A stretch of DNA of 39,898 nucleotides from Legionella genomosp. 1 (GCA_945901965.1 CAMDMN010000001.1:1-39898), one strand, 5' to 3'. Shown: positions 9,155-20,163, counted from the first letter of the stretch. Translations and numbers: made by a program. Notes: generated by a model not told the origin, from the letters alone.

Positions 9155-10369
9155 TCAAGTGTTCAACTTATTTAGCCAAACTAAAAGACGTGATACCAAG
9201 ATTTCCTTATCAAATTCTGTAACACTGGCGGCTAAACCACGAGCCCCCATTTCTTTACGCTCTTCGTGGGATTTATTTGCTAATTTCATAACCGCATCTG
9301 CTAAAGCTCCACCATTTCCTGCCATCGTAGATAAGCCTGCACCAAACTCCTCTACTATATTTGCTCCTTCTCCATTTAACATCGCTAATATCGGAATACC
9401 TGCTGCTAAATATGATTGGAGTTTGCCTGGTATAGTCATAGAAAAAACAGGACTATCTTTAAGAGATAGAAGAAGTATATCTGCATGTTTATAAAAAGAA
9501 GGCATGCGCTCTAATGAATAATGACCTAGCATAAAAAATACATTACTCAAATTTCGCTTGATTACTTCAGATCTCACCCAATCAGCAGCTCTACCATCTC
9601 CTACAATCAACCAACGAACTGGTTTTTTTATAAGAATTTCTGCTGCATCTAATATGGCAGGAAAATCTTGAGCATCTCCAATATTCCCAGCAAACATAAT
9701 ATTAAAACTTCCTTTATTAATAGGTACTTCTGTTGCCAAATCAACCATTGAAAAATTAAACTCAATATCTGACCAGCTTGGAAAATACTCCACTTGCTTA
9801 TGAGCACAACAATATTTTTTAATTTGTGGAATAAAACTCTTTGATTGAGCAAGAATAAGATCACATCGTTTATATATAAATTTAACTAAACTTTTAACTA
9901 AGTTTAAAAGGATTGGAGAACGAACGACCCCTAATGCCTCTAAAGTCTCAGGCCAAAGATCCAACACCCAAAATACTACCGGAACCTGCTTTAACCACCT
10001 AAAAAAAATAGCAGGAACACCAACAGTAACTGGAGATGGTTGAAAAACAAAGATCACATCAAAATTTTTACCACGTAATCGCCATGATCCAAACATGATT
10101 GCACTTAACATGAAAGTTAAATAATTAAGCACTAACCGAATAACACCTTTTCCTCGCGGTATCAAAGGAACTCTTACAATTTTTGCTCCCTGATAGTTAG
10201 AATAATGTGATTGATTTGCACGAAACTCTGGAAAAATCTTCCCGGAAGGATAATTAGGTTGCCCTGTTAACACAGTCACATCATTACCACGTTCAATGAA
10301 AGAAGTAACAAGATCATTGATCCGAAAATTTTCTGGCCAAAAATATTGACTTACAACAAGAATTTTCAT
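9155..10369 (-). CDS. WbuB/WbjE-like glycosyltransferase (probable L-FucNAc transferase, GT4)
   Basis: 404 aa. The N-terminus MKILVVSQYFWPENFRINDL is typical of the WbuB family, and the gene lies directly downstream of fnlA-fnlB-fnlC. Confidence 0.75.
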   Translation of the reverse strand: MKILVVSQYFWPENFRINDLVTSFIERGNDVTVLTGQPNYPSGKIFPEFRANQSHYSNYQGAKIVRVPLIPRGKGVIRLVLNYLTFMLSAIMFGSWRLRGKNFDVIFVFQPSPVTVGVPAIFFRWLKQVPVVFWVLDLWPETLEALGVVRSPILLNLVKSLVKFIYKRCDLILAQSKSFIPQIKKYCCAHKQVEYFPSWSDIEFNFSMVDLATEVPINKGSFNIMFAGNIGDAQDFPAILDAAEILIKKPVRWLIVGDGRAADWVRSEVIKRNLSNVFFMLGHYSLERMPSFYKHADILLLSLKDSPVFSMTIPGKLQSYLAAGIPILAMLNGEGANIVEEFGAGLSTMAGNGGALADAVMKLANKSHEERKEMGARGLAASVTEFDKEILVSRLLVWLNKLNT

Positions 10370-10379
10370 ATCAACCTTT

Positions 10380-11510
10380 TTAATATTTTTTCCAAATCAC
10401 ACGATTAACGTAATCTGTATAGCTATGAATAATTCTTAAAACTTTGTCAGATACATTAGGCATGTTGTAATCATATACTTGCCTAAGCAACCGATTCTTA
10501 CCTCGACCCTGATCATCTAATATTCGCAGAGCCTGCATTATACGATCAACTTCTAAACCAACCATCATAACGCTAGCTTCCTCCATTCCCTCTGGTCGCT
10601 CATGTGCTTCACGTAGATTAAGAGCAGGAAAATTAAGAATAGAAGACTCTTCATTAATCGTGCCACTATCAGATAATACTGCCTTAGAAGCAAGCTGTAA
10701 TTTATTATAATCTTTAAAACCTAATGGCTTTAAAAATTGAATTTGCTTATGAAAAATCACCTCTGTAGAATTAATTTGCTGCTGAGTTCTAGGATGCGTA
10801 GAAACAATAACTGGCAAATTATAGATCTCTGCAATATTATTTAATACACTCAAAAATTTCCTAAAATTACTTACTGAGTTAACGTTTTCTTCTCTATGAA
10901 CACTTACCAAGAAGAACTTCTCCGAATTAAGTCCTAATCTCACCAACACATCTGATTCCTCAATTCCAGGAAGATAATGTGTCAATACTTCACACATAGG
11001 ACTACCTGTTTTAATCGTCATATCTGGCGCTAACCCTTCATGTAACAAGTACTCCCTAGCAATAGTGCTATAAGTCAGATTGATATCAGCTATATGATCA
11101 ATAATACGGCGATTAATTTCTTCAGGAACACGCATATCAAAACAACGATTTCCGGCCTCCATATGAAAAGTAGGAATCTTACGGCGTTTGGCTGGTAATA
11201 TTGACATGCAACTATTGGTATCCCCCAATACAAGCACAGCATCAGGATTTTCCTGCTCAAGAACTTTATCCACAGCAATAATCACCTTGCCGATTGTCTC
11301 AGCGCTATTGTTCCCAGCGGCCATTAAAAAATGATTAGGCTTACGAATGTCTAAGTCATCAAAAAATATCTGATTTAATTCATAATCATAATTTTGCCCT
11401 GTATGAACTAATATATGATTACAGTATTCGTCTAAACGAGCTATCACTCGTGAAAGTCTGATAACTTCAGGTCTTGTTCCAACAATTGTCATAACTTTAA
11501 GTTGTTTCAT
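10380..11510 (-). CDS. fnlC: UDP-2-acetamido-2,6-dideoxy-beta-L-talose 2-epimerase (non-hydrolysing UDP-GlcNAc 2-epimerase family; FnlC/WbjD/Cap5G)
   Basis: MKQLKVMTIVGTRPEVIRLS matches the Cap5G/WbjD N-terminus. I trimmed the start from 11561 to ATG 11510, which has an AAGG about 7 nt upstream. The longer ORF would only add 17 aa overlapping fnlB. Confidence 0.85.
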   Translation of the reverse strand: MKQLKVMTIVGTRPEVIRLSRVIARLDEYCNHILVHTGQNYDYELNQIFFDDLDIRKPNHFLMAAGNNSAETIGKVIIAVDKVLEQENPDAVLVLGDTNSCMSILPAKRRKIPTFHMEAGNRCFDMRVPEEINRRIIDHIADINLTYSTIAREYLLHEGLAPDMTIKTGSPMCEVLTHYLPGIEESDVLVRLGLNSEKFFLVSVHREENVNSVSNFRKFLSVLNNIAEIYNLPVIVSTHPRTQQQINSTEVIFHKQIQFLKPLGFKDYNKLQLASKAVLSDSGTINEESSILNFPALNLREAHERPEGMEEASVMMVGLEVDRIMQALRILDDQGRGKNRLLRQVYDYNMPNVSDKVLRIIHSYTDYVNRVIWKKY

Positions 11511-12618
11511 ATTCAACCTTACACATAATCGTATCTGGTTTCTGTCGATCAAAAACCTCATTTGCCCAAAGCATCACCACCATTTCAGTCTGGCCCACAT
11601 TGGTAATGTCGTGAGTCCATCCTGGAATCGTTTCAACAACTTGTGGTTTTTCATTAGAAGTAAAAATTTCATAAGTCTCACCCGTGAAGATATGACGAAA
11701 ACGAAATTGAGCAGCCCCTTTGATGACAAGAAACTTCTCTGATTTACTATGATGATAATGCCCGCCTCTAGTTATTCCAGGATAAGCGGTAAAAAAAGAA
11801 AATTGCCCGCAATCGGGAGTTTTAAGCATTTCAACAAACTCCCCACGCTCATCATGATGCATTGGCAAATCATAAACGAATTTTGACATAGGTAAATAAC
11901 TCATATAGGTTGAGTATAGAGCCCTTATCAAGCCTACCCCTACTCGTTCAATCATCATATTAGTACGACAATTCTTGAACGCGTATAATTGTGCAGATAA
12001 ATCTGCTAACGTTATATTATAAATAGGTTCAACTGCACGCCACTGAAGACCATCTGAAAGTGTTGTCAATGAATGCAAAAATGCATTCACAACATCATCC
12101 ACATAAACTACGCTCAAACATATTTCTGGATCATTAATTTGGATTGGTAAATCATTAGCAATATTATGACAGAAAGTTGCAATCACCGAATTATAATTTG
12201 GCTTACACCACTTACCAAAAACTCCTGGCAACCGATAAATAGCCGTTGGATTTTTAGTTTCATGAGCAAACTGCTCTATAATATGCTCAGCAGCAAGCTT
12301 AGATTGACCATATGGATTTTCTAACACAGCTTGTGTGGATGAAGCTAAAAGCAATGGGATCTTTCGACCAGATGAAGCGACCATATCACAAAGTACTTTG
12401 GTAAGATCCGCGTTACATCGTTCAAACTCAGCAGTTTCCTCTGGTCGATTTACTCCAGCCAAATGCACAATAACATCTGCCTTCGACACTAGCTCATTCA
12501 ATGTATAAACCTGCTCACCTCGAACAAACTGCAGCACCTCTGTATTAGGACACTCTAAAAGCCGAACAACTATATTTTTTCCAATAAAACCTAGCGAACC
12601 AGTTACTAATACACGCAT
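11497..12618 (-). CDS. fnlB: UDP-4-keto-6-deoxy-L-sugar 3-epimerase/4-reductase, two-domain SDR + cupin (FnlB/WbjC/CapF)
   Basis: 373 aa. The N-terminal Rossmann motif is VLVTGSLGFIGKN and the C-terminal cupin segment is GITRGGHYHHSKSEKFLV, as in CapF. The gene sits between fnlA and fnlC. Confidence 0.85.
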   Translation of the reverse strand: MRVLVTGSLGFIGKNIVVRLLECPNTEVLQFVRGEQVYTLNELVSKADVIVHLAGVNRPEETAEFERCNADLTKVLCDMVASSGRKIPLLLASSTQAVLENPYGQSKLAAEHIIEQFAHETKNPTAIYRLPGVFGKWCKPNYNSVIATFCHNIANDLPIQINDPEICLSVVYVDDVVNAFLHSLTTLSDGLQWRAVEPIYNITLADLSAQLYAFKNCRTNMMIERVGVGLIRALYSTYMSYLPMSKFVYDLPMHHDERGEFVEMLKTPDCGQFSFFTAYPGITRGGHYHHSKSEKFLVIKGAAQFRFRHIFTGETYEIFTSNEKPQVVETIPGWTHDITNVGQTEMVVMLWANEVFDRQKPDTIMCKVEYETT

Positions 12619-12621
12619 AAT

Positions 12622-13644
12622 TCAAACTCCTAATGACTCACAAGGAATAATCTCTTGCTTAAACTTAAGTTTCATTAGCAATGCTTGCATACTAGACACA
12701 TCTAAACGTTCTGTATTATGAGAGTTATAATCAACAGCTCCTGAGATTTTAAGTTCACCGTGCTCAACAAATTTACCATAGTTTAAATCACGCTGATCCA
12801 ATGGGATTTTATAATAATCACCCAAATCTTCAGCAGCAACCATTTCTTCACGACTCAATAATACCTCATAAAGCTTCTCTCCATGTCGTGTACCGATAAT
12901 ATTCACCTTGTGATTAACCGCATCCATAAAATTTATCAATGCTTCTACTAATATTTTAATTGTGGCTGATGGTGATTTCTGTACAAAAATTTCCCCGGGG
13001 CCGCCATGTTTGAACGCAAACATAACTAAATCAACCGCGTCATCTAGCGTCATCATGAAACGGGTCATATTTGGATCCGTAATGGTAATTGGCTTACCTG
13101 AGCGGATTTGATCAACAAACAAAGGAATAACTGAGCCTCGCGAAGCCATAACATTTCCATAACGAGTAGTACAGATGATTGTGGAGTTATTATTTCGCGC
13201 CTTAGCAACAACAACTTTTTCCATCATTGCTTTTGATATTCCCATAGCATTAATAGGATAAACAGCCTTATCGGTGCTCAAACAAACAACACGACTCACC
13301 CCGCAAGCAATTGCCGCTTCCAGTACATTTTCCGTACCTAATACATTGGTCTTTACCGCCTCCAATGGATAAAATTCACAAGAAGGGACTTGTTTTAATG
13401 CGGCCGCATGAAAGATAAAATCAACACCACGCATTGCAGTTAAGATACTTTGATAATCACGAACATCACCAAGATAAAACCTCAACTTAGGATTTTGATA
13501 TCGTTTACGCATATCATTTTGTTTTTTTTCATCACGACTAAAAATACGGATTTCTTTAACATCAGTCCGTAAAAAACGATCCAATACAGCATTCCCAAAA
13601 GAACCAGTACCCCCAGTAATCAGTAATGTTTTTTCGGAAAGCAT
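12622..13644 (-). CDS. fnlA: UDP-N-acetylglucosamine 4,6-dehydratase/5-epimerase (FnlA/WbjB/CapE)
   Basis: 340 aa. LITGGTGSFGNAV and TRYGNVMASRGSVIPLF are typical of the CapE/FlaA1 family. Context with fnlB and fnlC favours FnlA over PseB. Confidence 0.88.
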   Translation of the reverse strand: MLSEKTLLITGGTGSFGNAVLDRFLRTDVKEIRIFSRDEKKQNDMRKRYQNPKLRFYLGDVRDYQSILTAMRGVDFIFHAAALKQVPSCEFYPLEAVKTNVLGTENVLEAAIACGVSRVVCLSTDKAVYPINAMGISKAMMEKVVVAKARNNNSTIICTTRYGNVMASRGSVIPLFVDQIRSGKPITITDPNMTRFMMTLDDAVDLVMFAFKHGGPGEIFVQKSPSATIKILVEALINFMDAVNHKVNIIGTRHGEKLYEVLLSREEMVAAEDLGDYYKIPLDQRDLNYGKFVEHGELKISGAVDYNSHNTERLDVSSMQALLMKLKFKQEIIPCESLGV

Positions 13645-13674
13645 ATCCGCACCTCATAAAATTTTCTAAATAAC

Positions 13675-14931
13675 TTAGTACTTACGTTGTATTTTATATA
13701 AATAAATACTTAAACAAAACGAAAACAGCGCCGCACAAAAGAAACCATAACCTAGGCCTATAAATCCATAGGATTTCATCATCACAAAACATAATATCAC
13801 CAACATTACATTATAACTACATGAACTAATCATACTCAAAATAATATTTTTCTTCGCCAATACTGCCGCATCAAGCATCATAGCTAAAACAGAAAACAAA
13901 GCACCTAATCCAATAAAAACCAAAAGTGACTCCATTGGAATAAATACTTCACTAAATAAAACTCTAATAATAAATTCTCTAAAAAAAAACATTCCCATTA
14001 CAGACAGTATCATAAATGGTAAAAAAAACCGAAATGCTTCAACTAAGTAATTTCTAGTTTCTTCTTTATTTTTTGAGGCGGATAATTTAGGTAGGTAATG
14101 AATAACAAATGACGTCATGAAAATTAAATTATAATATAATCCTATTCGAGATGCAGCCTCCCAATCACCAGCAAAATCTAATGAAAACTCTTTCTGTACA
14201 ATACTTCTGATGTATATTGCCGAAATAGAAACCATAATACCACTACTCAAAGATGCAGCGCTATAAGACAATAAATTTCTTAGAATAGTGTAATCAATAT
14301 TTTTCCAAATATTATAAAAATTATAAATAAACTTATATTTTTTATAAGTAAATAAAATCGTTATCCCAACGGACATGAACTGCACAGATACAAGCGCGAC
14401 TAAAGAACCAGCAAGGCCAAACTGCATTGTAAGAAAAATTGAAATAAAAAGTGTTATCACTGAAAGTATGATATTAAGTAAAGTATATAATCTAATTTCT
14501 CCTAGACCATTAAAAATTGACAAGGCATATAAATTCAAAGAATAAAAAACTATAGAAAATCCTAGAAAATAAAATATGTATGAATACTTTACTGTATACA
14601 TCAACTCAACAGAAAATCTAGGAGCCCAAATAAAAATAATTAAAGAAGACACAACCGAAAAAACAACAGATAAAAATAATGCATTCTTCATCATTTTTTT
14701 CAATAAGATCTGATCTGTAACATTATAATCAGCAGTATATTTAACAATACCTGTTTGGATGGAGCCATTAGAAAAAGTAAAGACAACTGTAATAAAATTT
14801 TGAAATTGACCTAAAAGAGCTAACCCAGCAGGACCTAAATAAACAGCGATAATTTTGTTCATTATAAGACCCGAAAGAATTTTTAACCCAGTTTGTAGTC
14901 CTGTAAAAAAAAACGTGTTTTTTATGTTCAA
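13675..14931 (-). CDS. wzx: Wzx-type flippase (MOP superfamily, WzxE-like), copy 2
   Basis: 418 aa and polytopic. [24 protein letters not shown]...GIVKYTADY matches the WzxE-type N-terminus. The TTG start overlaps the upstream stop (TTGA). Confidence 0.72.
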   Translation of the reverse strand: MNIKNTFFFTGLQTGLKILSGLIMNKIIAVYLGPAGLALLGQFQNFITVVFTFSNGSIQTGIVKYTADYNVTDQILLKKMMKNALFLSVVFSVVSSLIIFIWAPRFSVELMYTVKYSYIFYFLGFSIVFYSLNLYALSIFNGLGEIRLYTLLNIILSVITLFISIFLTMQFGLAGSLVALVSVQFMSVGITILFTYKKYKFIYNFYNIWKNIDYTILRNLLSYSAASLSSGIMVSISAIYIRSIVQKEFSLDFAGDWEAASRIGLYYNLIFMTSFVIHYLPKLSASKNKEETRNYLVEAFRFFLPFMILSVMGMFFFREFIIRVLFSEVFIPMESLLVFIGLGALFSVLAMMLDAAVLAKKNIILSMISSCSYNVMLVILCFVMMKSYGFIGLGYGFFCAALFSFCLSIYLYKIQRKY

Positions 14932-16019
14932 ACCAAATCCTTCAATACCAAAATTACTTTATCAATATCTTTATTTGATAAATGTGGACCAATTGGTAAG
15001 CTTAATACCTGTTTATGTATTTTTTCAGAAATAGGAAACTTTAGAGAATTAAAATCACTATATGCATTTTGTTTGTGTGGCGGTATAGGATAATGAATTA
15101 ACGTTTGAATACCATGATCACTTAAATCTTCTCTTAATTTATCTCGTTCTACATGACGAATTACAAATTGGTGCCATACCGGTGAGGTTTGTTTTAAATA
15201 CTGCGGCATTACTATATCTGTAAACTCAATTAAACTATCTATATACATTATGGCTTGTTGATTTCTAATAATGTTCCACTGTTGTAAATATTTTAATTTA
15301 ACACGAAGAAAAGCAGCTTGAATTTCATCTAAACGAGAGTTTTCTCCTGGAACATCATTATAATACTGTCTTTTTGAACCATAATTACGCAATGCGCGAA
15401 TGCGATCTGCTAATAGATCATCATTTGTGGTTACAGCACCAGCATCACCTAAAGCGCCTAAATTTTTACTAGGATAAAAACTAAATCCTGCTGCATGCCC
15501 AAGGGCACCAGCCATAACCCCATTATATTTTGCCCCATGAGCCTGTGCTGCATCCTCAATTACATATAAATTATATTTTTCAGCCAATTGTAAAATCGGA
15601 GACATATCACAAGGTTGGCCATATAAATGAACAGGCATTATTGCTTTTGTTTTAGATGTTATCGCTGACTCAATAAGATCTGGGTTAAGATTATAAGTCG
15701 TAATTTCAGGCTCAACTGGCACAATAGTAGCACCGACATAAGTAATGGCTAACCATGTTGCAATATAAGTATTTGCAGGAACAATTACTTCGTCTCCGCT
15801 ACCAATACCATAGGCCTTTAAAATTAATTTTAATGCCTCTAATCCGTTTCCAACACCTATACAATGTTTAGTACCACAATATTCAGAAAACTCCCGCTCA
15901 AAAGCTGCTAGTTCCTCACCCAAAATATACCAACCCGAAGCAATAACTCGATCATATGCTTGATTTAACTCTAATTGACATTGAGCATTAACATTTTTTA
16001 AATCTAAAAAGCTGATCAT
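14928..16019 (-). CDS. fdtB: dTDP-3-amino-3,6-dideoxyhexose aminotransferase (DegT/DnrJ/EryC1 family; FdtB/QdtB-like)
   Basis: 363 aa. The PLP-lysine region is [16 protein letters not shown]. The gene is co-linear with the fdtA-like and fdtC-like genes, with an ATGA overlap to fdtC. Confidence 0.8.
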   Translation of the reverse strand: MISFLDLKNVNAQCQLELNQAYDRVIASGWYILGEELAAFEREFSEYCGTKHCIGVGNGLEALKLILKAYGIGSGDEVIVPANTYIATWLAITYVGATIVPVEPEITTYNLNPDLIESAITSKTKAIMPVHLYGQPCDMSPILQLAEKYNLYVIEDAAQAHGAKYNGVMAGALGHAAGFSFYPSKNLGALGDAGAVTTNDDLLADRIRALRNYGSKRQYYNDVPGENSRLDEIQAAFLRVKLKYLQQWNIIRNQQAIMYIDSLIEFTDIVMPQYLKQTSPVWHQFVIRHVERDKLREDLSDHGIQTLIHYPIPPHKQNAYSDFNSLKFPISEKIHKQVLSLPIGPHLSNKDIDKVILVLKDLV

Positions 16020-16486
16020 AAATTTATTCCATCAACAATTTTCCGATAAAATCTCGCTGGATTACCTAACCAAATCTCCCCAGGAGGTATTGATTTAGTA
16101 ACTACTGATCCTGCTCCAACCATAGATTTTTCACCGATAACCAGGCCGGGTAATATTGTACTATTGGCTCCAATTGATACACCATGACAAACTCTTGTTT
16201 TCGGAAAAATATCTTGGTGGATTTTAGACCTTGGATAAACATCATTTGTAAATGTCACATTTGGGCCAATAAATACATCATCCTCTAAATAAATACCATC
16301 CCAAATTTGGACTCCAGATTTAATTGTTACTCGATCACCAATAAATACATCATTCTCGATAAAGCAATGGGCGCATATATTGCAATCCCTTCCCAAAACT
16401 GCACCTGACAAAATTACCACAAACTGCCATACTCTAGTTCCGGCACCTATACTTAATGAATGTACATCCGCAAGATCATGTATCAT
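16016..16486 (-). CDS. fdtC: dTDP-3-amino-3,6-dideoxyhexose N-acetyltransferase, left-handed beta-helix (FdtC/QdtC-like)
   Basis: 156 aa with hexapeptide repeats ([45 protein letters not shown]). It lies between the isomerase and the aminotransferase. Confidence 0.8.
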   Translation of the reverse strand: MIHDLADVHSLSIGAGTRVWQFVVILSGAVLGRDCNICAHCFIENDVFIGDRVTIKSGVQIWDGIYLEDDVFIGPNVTFTNDVYPRSKIHQDIFPKTRVCHGVSIGANSTILPGLVIGEKSMVGAGSVVTKSIPPGEIWLGNPARFYRKIVDGINL

Positions 16487-16874
16487 TTAACACCATTTTC
16501 TTAAATAAATGATAATCACGAATATAATCTTCTTCATCATAAGAGGCTGATACAATAAACATTAATACACAATCAGAAGAAAACTCAAATAATTCGTGCC
16601 AAATCATTTTTTCAATAAGCAGGCCTTCACTATCTTTATTTACAGAAATAATAGTTTCAATATACCCACTATCAAGTTTAATACGGCAGCTTCCAGCTAA
16701 GCACAACATTAATTGTCTTAAATTTCTATGAGCATGAAATCCACGAGGACTATCATTTAAATCAGTTAAACAATATATTCTTTGAATTAGAAAATTTAAA
16801 TCATCAGATGCGATAGTAATTATTTTACCTCGATGATCAATAATTTTTTTAATTGTTTTCCATTCTATATTCAT
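16476..16874 (-). CDS. fdtA: dTDP-4-keto-6-deoxyglucose 3,4-ketoisomerase, cupin (FdtA/QdtA-like; product stereochemistry not resolvable)
   Basis: 132 aa. [11 protein letters not shown]...QRIYCL...[26 protein letters not shown]...[30 protein letters not shown] closely parallels FdtA as I recall it. Confidence 0.8.
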   Translation of the reverse strand: MNIEWKTIKKIIDHRGKIITIASDDLNFLIQRIYCLTDLNDSPRGFHAHRNLRQLMLCLAGSCRIKLDSGYIETIISVNKDSEGLLIEKMIWHELFEFSSDCVLMFIVSASYDEEDYIRDYHLFKKMVLNDT

Positions 16875-16905
16875 ATGTAAATACTCATTAAGTACTAATA
16901 TATAT

Positions 16906-18132
16906 CTAATTTTTTATTGAATCTAAATTTTCAAATTTCTTTTGTGAAGTAATAATTTTTTTAAGAAAATTATTATATGATATTAATCCGAAAACATAAT
17001 ATTGTAATATAATCTGAAAAATATATGTCGCAATAAAAAAGAAATCTGAAAATATAGACAATACGATAGAATGCAACAAAATAATTAAAATAAAACCATC
17101 AGTTAATCGACCTTTTAGTAAAAATTTATAGTAATAATAAAATGATATGAATGAGGCAAAATAATAAAATATTAACGAGCCAACATAACCATATGCTGTT
17201 AAAAAATGAGGCATGAAAGATGCTACATTAAAAGCTGGATTAGCTAAATTAATTGTTACTGGCGCCTCAAGAATGCTTCTCAATAAAGTTGGGAATGTGG
17301 AGAAAATCATTACATAAGGTTGAAATGAAAAATCCGGGAATTGATATATTATATTACTAATGTTCATTAATGGGGTTGTAACATACAAATAAAACCAAAT
17401 GAAACTTTTTGGCAACCAAATTGGGTAGTCTTCAGATATATTAAAAGCTTTATAAATCAAATCAGAATCATCTATTACGCCAATATACCGAAACTCGCCC
17501 ATCAATCCAAAAAAAACAATAAAAAACATAGCAAATAAAAATAATTTAACTAATGATATTGTACGTAATGAACTGAAAACTAAAAATGTAAATAGAGCCT
17601 CTAAAACCATAGATGTAAGCATTCCACGATTTAAAGTAAATAAAGGAAAAAGTAAAGTAAGTATAAAAAAATACAAATATCGACGATTTTTAATAGTCAA
17701 ATATAGATATAACATATATATTGAAATCGATTGTAAAATTGCATTAAGAAAACCTTGTAAAGAAGTAATACCATAATCAGCATAAGTCATATGACTCCAA
17801 CCAAAAATAGTGAGTATTGGTAAGTCATGAAGATATATTAATGTTATACAAGTACCAATAACCCATGTAGCAAATAAGCATCTAATTTTAAAAAATGTAT
17901 CATTGCTAATACAACTATCATAAACATGATATTTAGGAAATCTTACTTTATAAAGAATTAATTTTGCAGTTATCCAGGCAAGACATACCATTACTACGCT
18001 TAACAAAATATAAACTACTGTTTTAGAATTTAATGGTGTTAATATATTGCTAAAATGAAGCTGATATAGGCTCAAAGCCAATAACCAAACTACAGAGTAA
18101 ATAATTGCTGGATTAATTAAAAAAATATTCAA
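16906..18132 (-). CDS. Polytopic membrane protein, candidate Wzy-type O-unit polymerase
   Basis: 408 aa, about 10-12 hydrophobic segments, extremely AT-rich (a sampled line is about 23% G+C). The gene is embedded between sugar-synthesis and GT genes. The call rests on context and topology. Confidence 0.45.
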   Translation of the reverse strand: MNIFLINPAIIYSVVWLLALSLYQLHFSNILTPLNSKTVVYILLSVVMVCLAWITAKLILYKVRFPKYHVYDSCISNDTFFKIRCLFATWVIGTCITLIYLHDLPILTIFGWSHMTYADYGITSLQGFLNAILQSISIYMLYLYLTIKNRRYLYFFILTLLFPLFTLNRGMLTSMVLEALFTFLVFSSLRTISLVKLFLFAMFFIVFFGLMGEFRYIGVIDDSDLIYKAFNISEDYPIWLPKSFIWFYLYVTTPLMNISNIIYQFPDFSFQPYVMIFSTFPTLLRSILEAPVTINLANPAFNVASFMPHFLTAYGYVGSLIFYYFASFISFYYYYKFLLKGRLTDGFILIILLHSIVLSIFSDFFFIATYIFQIILQYYVFGLISYNNFLKKIITSQKKFENLDSIKN

Positions 18133-19064
18133 AGCATACCCCGATTATATTTAATATTCTGTAAATAAAGCCAAAATGATTTTGGTAACCAAGTTAATAA
18201 ATAAACAATAAAATATTTCCAATTAACTAACACGTGTTTTTTTATGGCCAATCTAGCTTCAGAGTAACTATTTTTATTTATATGAAACTGAAATTCATAG
18301 TAAGCAGCCCTCGCATAGGCTTCTTCAAAAGCTTTTTTATACTTAATACTAATATTTTTATTTACTTGAATAATTTTGTTTAAAGTATAACGTCTTTCTT
18401 CAGCCCATTTATCAATAGTTTTACCCGTTAAAGAATCACTATGTACTCGGTATTTAACTAATGCTTGATTTAATGAAATAAATTCTGTAGTTACAGCTAA
18501 CTGCATAAATAAACAATACTCCTCTGATGCATGTATGTTAGCATCAAAAGAGAAACCACGATCATTTATATGCTTCAAACTTATCAGAGAACACACAATA
18601 GGGATATCAAATTGATATAGTAAATCTTGAAAAAAGTTTCCCTGTTTTGCCTTTGGCAAATAGCGCTTGATTTCCTTACCTTGATTATTTATATCAATCT
18701 GTCCAGCATAAGCTAATGCATAATCACCAGAACATACAGCAGTTAATAAAGTATCTATAGTATTTGGTAGCCAAATATCGTCTGTATCCAAAAAAGCAAC
18801 GTATTCACCTTGACAATGCTTCAGTCCAAAATTTCTTGCCTCACCTAATGGGATATTTTTTTCTGTTTTAAAATAGTTAATCGGATAATTATTAGCAATA
18901 TTCTTACTATTGTCAGTTGAACAATTATCTATAAAAATAATTTCATATTTTTTATAGCGTTGGGCTAAAATACTATCTAGTGCCTCGGCTATATATTTCT
19001 CACCGTTATAACAATTCATTAATATAGATACAAGTGGCTTATCAGTTTTCATTATAAAACTCAT
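18129..19064 (-). CDS. Glycosyltransferase family 2 (GT-A fold)
   Basis: 311 aa. VSILMNCYNGEKYIAEALDSILAQRY..YEIIFIDNCSTDNS and the DTDD motif (FLDTDDIW) are typical of GT2. The start could be ATG 19052 instead of 19064. Confidence 0.85.
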   Translation of the reverse strand: MSFIMKTDKPLVSILMNCYNGEKYIAEALDSILAQRYKKYEIIFIDNCSTDNSKNIANNYPINYFKTEKNIPLGEARNFGLKHCQGEYVAFLDTDDIWLPNTIDTLLTAVCSGDYALAYAGQIDINNQGKEIKRYLPKAKQGNFFQDLLYQFDIPIVCSLISLKHINDRGFSFDANIHASEEYCLFMQLAVTTEFISLNQALVKYRVHSDSLTGKTIDKWAEERRYTLNKIIQVNKNISIKYKKAFEEAYARAAYYEFQFHINKNSYSEARLAIKKHVLVNWKYFIVYLLTWLPKSFWLYLQNIKYNRGML

Positions 19065-20163
19065 TGATTGATTTAATTACATAATCTTGATCATCTAAGG
19101 TTAAATCATAATGACAAGGTAATGTCATTATTTCGTTATAAAGATTTTCCACATTTGGTAATGAGTAAGAAGTTTTATACTTACTTAATAAATGATTTGG
19201 TTTATAGTGAATACCAGTTTCAATACCTTTTTTTAATAAGTAATTTCTTAAATTATCACGATTTGTCGCTTTAATAACCACAATATGTGGCACTATAGAT
19301 TTATAATCAAAATTAAAAAAATTCACGTCGTTAATCTGTAACCCATCAAGATAGCGGCGCATAATGTTTTGGCGTTTATTTATAAATAAATCGATCCTAG
19401 ACAATTGCACACGGCCGATGGCTGCCATAATATTACTCATATGATAACGATAACCTTGAAGCTTAACATCAAAATCCCAGCTACGCTGCCCTAAGTAACG
19501 CATTTCAGTATCTTTCTCTACACTTAATAACCTCATATCTTTTAAACGCTGCATTAAACTAGCGTCAGAAGAAATAACTACACCACCCTCGCCTGATGTA
19601 ATATTTTTAATACCATCAAAACTAAAACAAGCGATGTCTCCAATTGAACCAATTTTTGCACCATTGGAAAAACATCCCCCAAATGAATGCGCGGCGTCCT
19701 CAACTACTCTTAAATTATATTTTTTTGAAAAGTCATAGATTTCTTTAAGACCGGCAACGCTACTTGCATAATGTACAGGCATAATCGCCTTTACTTTATT
19801 TGACATACGGCGCGTTGCATCACCTACATCAATAAATCCTGTTTTTTCATCAACATCACATGCAACCGGAGTTGCGCCAGTAGCGCTTATAGCCTGAAAT
19901 GAAGCAATATAAGTCAATGACGGAACCAAAACCTCATCGCCAAAGCCTATTCCTAAAGCAGCTAAAGACAAATGCAAGGCTGATGTTCCTGTATTAACAC
20001 AACAAACTTCAGCATCAGTCATTAAATAAGACTTAAGCTCCGACTCAAATAAATTAACTTCCTCACCCATGCCAAGATATTCTTTTTGAAGAACATCACA
20101 CACAGCATTTTTTTCTAATATTGATATGGATGACTTTGATAAACGAATAGTTCTGCTACTCAT
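19042..20163 (-). CDS. Sugar-nucleotide aminotransferase, DegT/DnrJ/EryC1 family (probably CDP-sugar specific by context)
   Basis: 373 aa. The PLP lysine is retained in FSFDGIKNITSGEGG, so this is a transaminase rather than an RfbH/E1-type dehydrase. The gene overlaps the upstream cupin gene by 8 nt. Confidence 0.8.
   Translation of the reverse strand: MSSRTIRLSKSSISILEKNAVCDVLQKEYLGMGEEVNLFESELKSYLMTDAEVCCVNTGTSALHLSLAALGIGFGDEVLVPSLTYIASFQAISATGATPVACDVDEKTGFIDVGDATRRMSNKVKAIMPVHYASSVAGLKEIYDFSKKYNLRVVEDAAHSFGGCFSNGAKIGSIGDIACFSFDGIKNITSGEGGVVISSDASLMQRLKDMRLLSVEKDTEMRYLGQRSWDFDVKLQGYRYHMSNIMAAIGRVQLSRIDLFINKRQNIMRRYLDGLQINDVNFFNFDYKSIVPHIVVIKATNRDNLRNYLLKKGIETGIHYKPNHLLSKYKTSYSLPNVENLYNEIMTLPCHYDLTLDDQDYVIKSINEFYNEN

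Noticed and set aside
9159-9494. 111-aa plus-strand ORF antisense to the WbuB-like glycosyltransferase. The same issue applies to 7892-8152, 9649-9864, 11090-11278, 25352-25546, 27082-27351, 28205-28414, 28546-28848, 29162-29392 and 38-256.
   Set aside because: All lie entirely within longer ORFs that carry strong family motifs, either on the opposite strand or, for 9649-9864 and 11090-11278, in another frame of the same strand. None has a recognisable domain or a plausible ribosome-binding context. I treat them as spurious shadow ORFs.
11511-11561. 17-codon N-terminal extension of the fnlC ORF (MRFLIDRNQIRLCVRLN).
   Set aside because: The extension overlaps the fnlB coding end. The internal ATG at 11510 reproduces the conserved Cap5G/WbjD N-terminus and has an AAGG upstream.
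13981-14913. Two A9 (T9 on the coding strand) homopolymers, at 13981-13989 and 14905-14913, within wzx copy 2, as potential slipped-strand phase-variation sites.
   Set aside because: Both encode Phe-Phe-Phe in a polytopic membrane protein of a very AT-rich gene, where TTT runs are expected. A8-T8 runs are scattered through the window. A single sequence gives no evidence of length variation.
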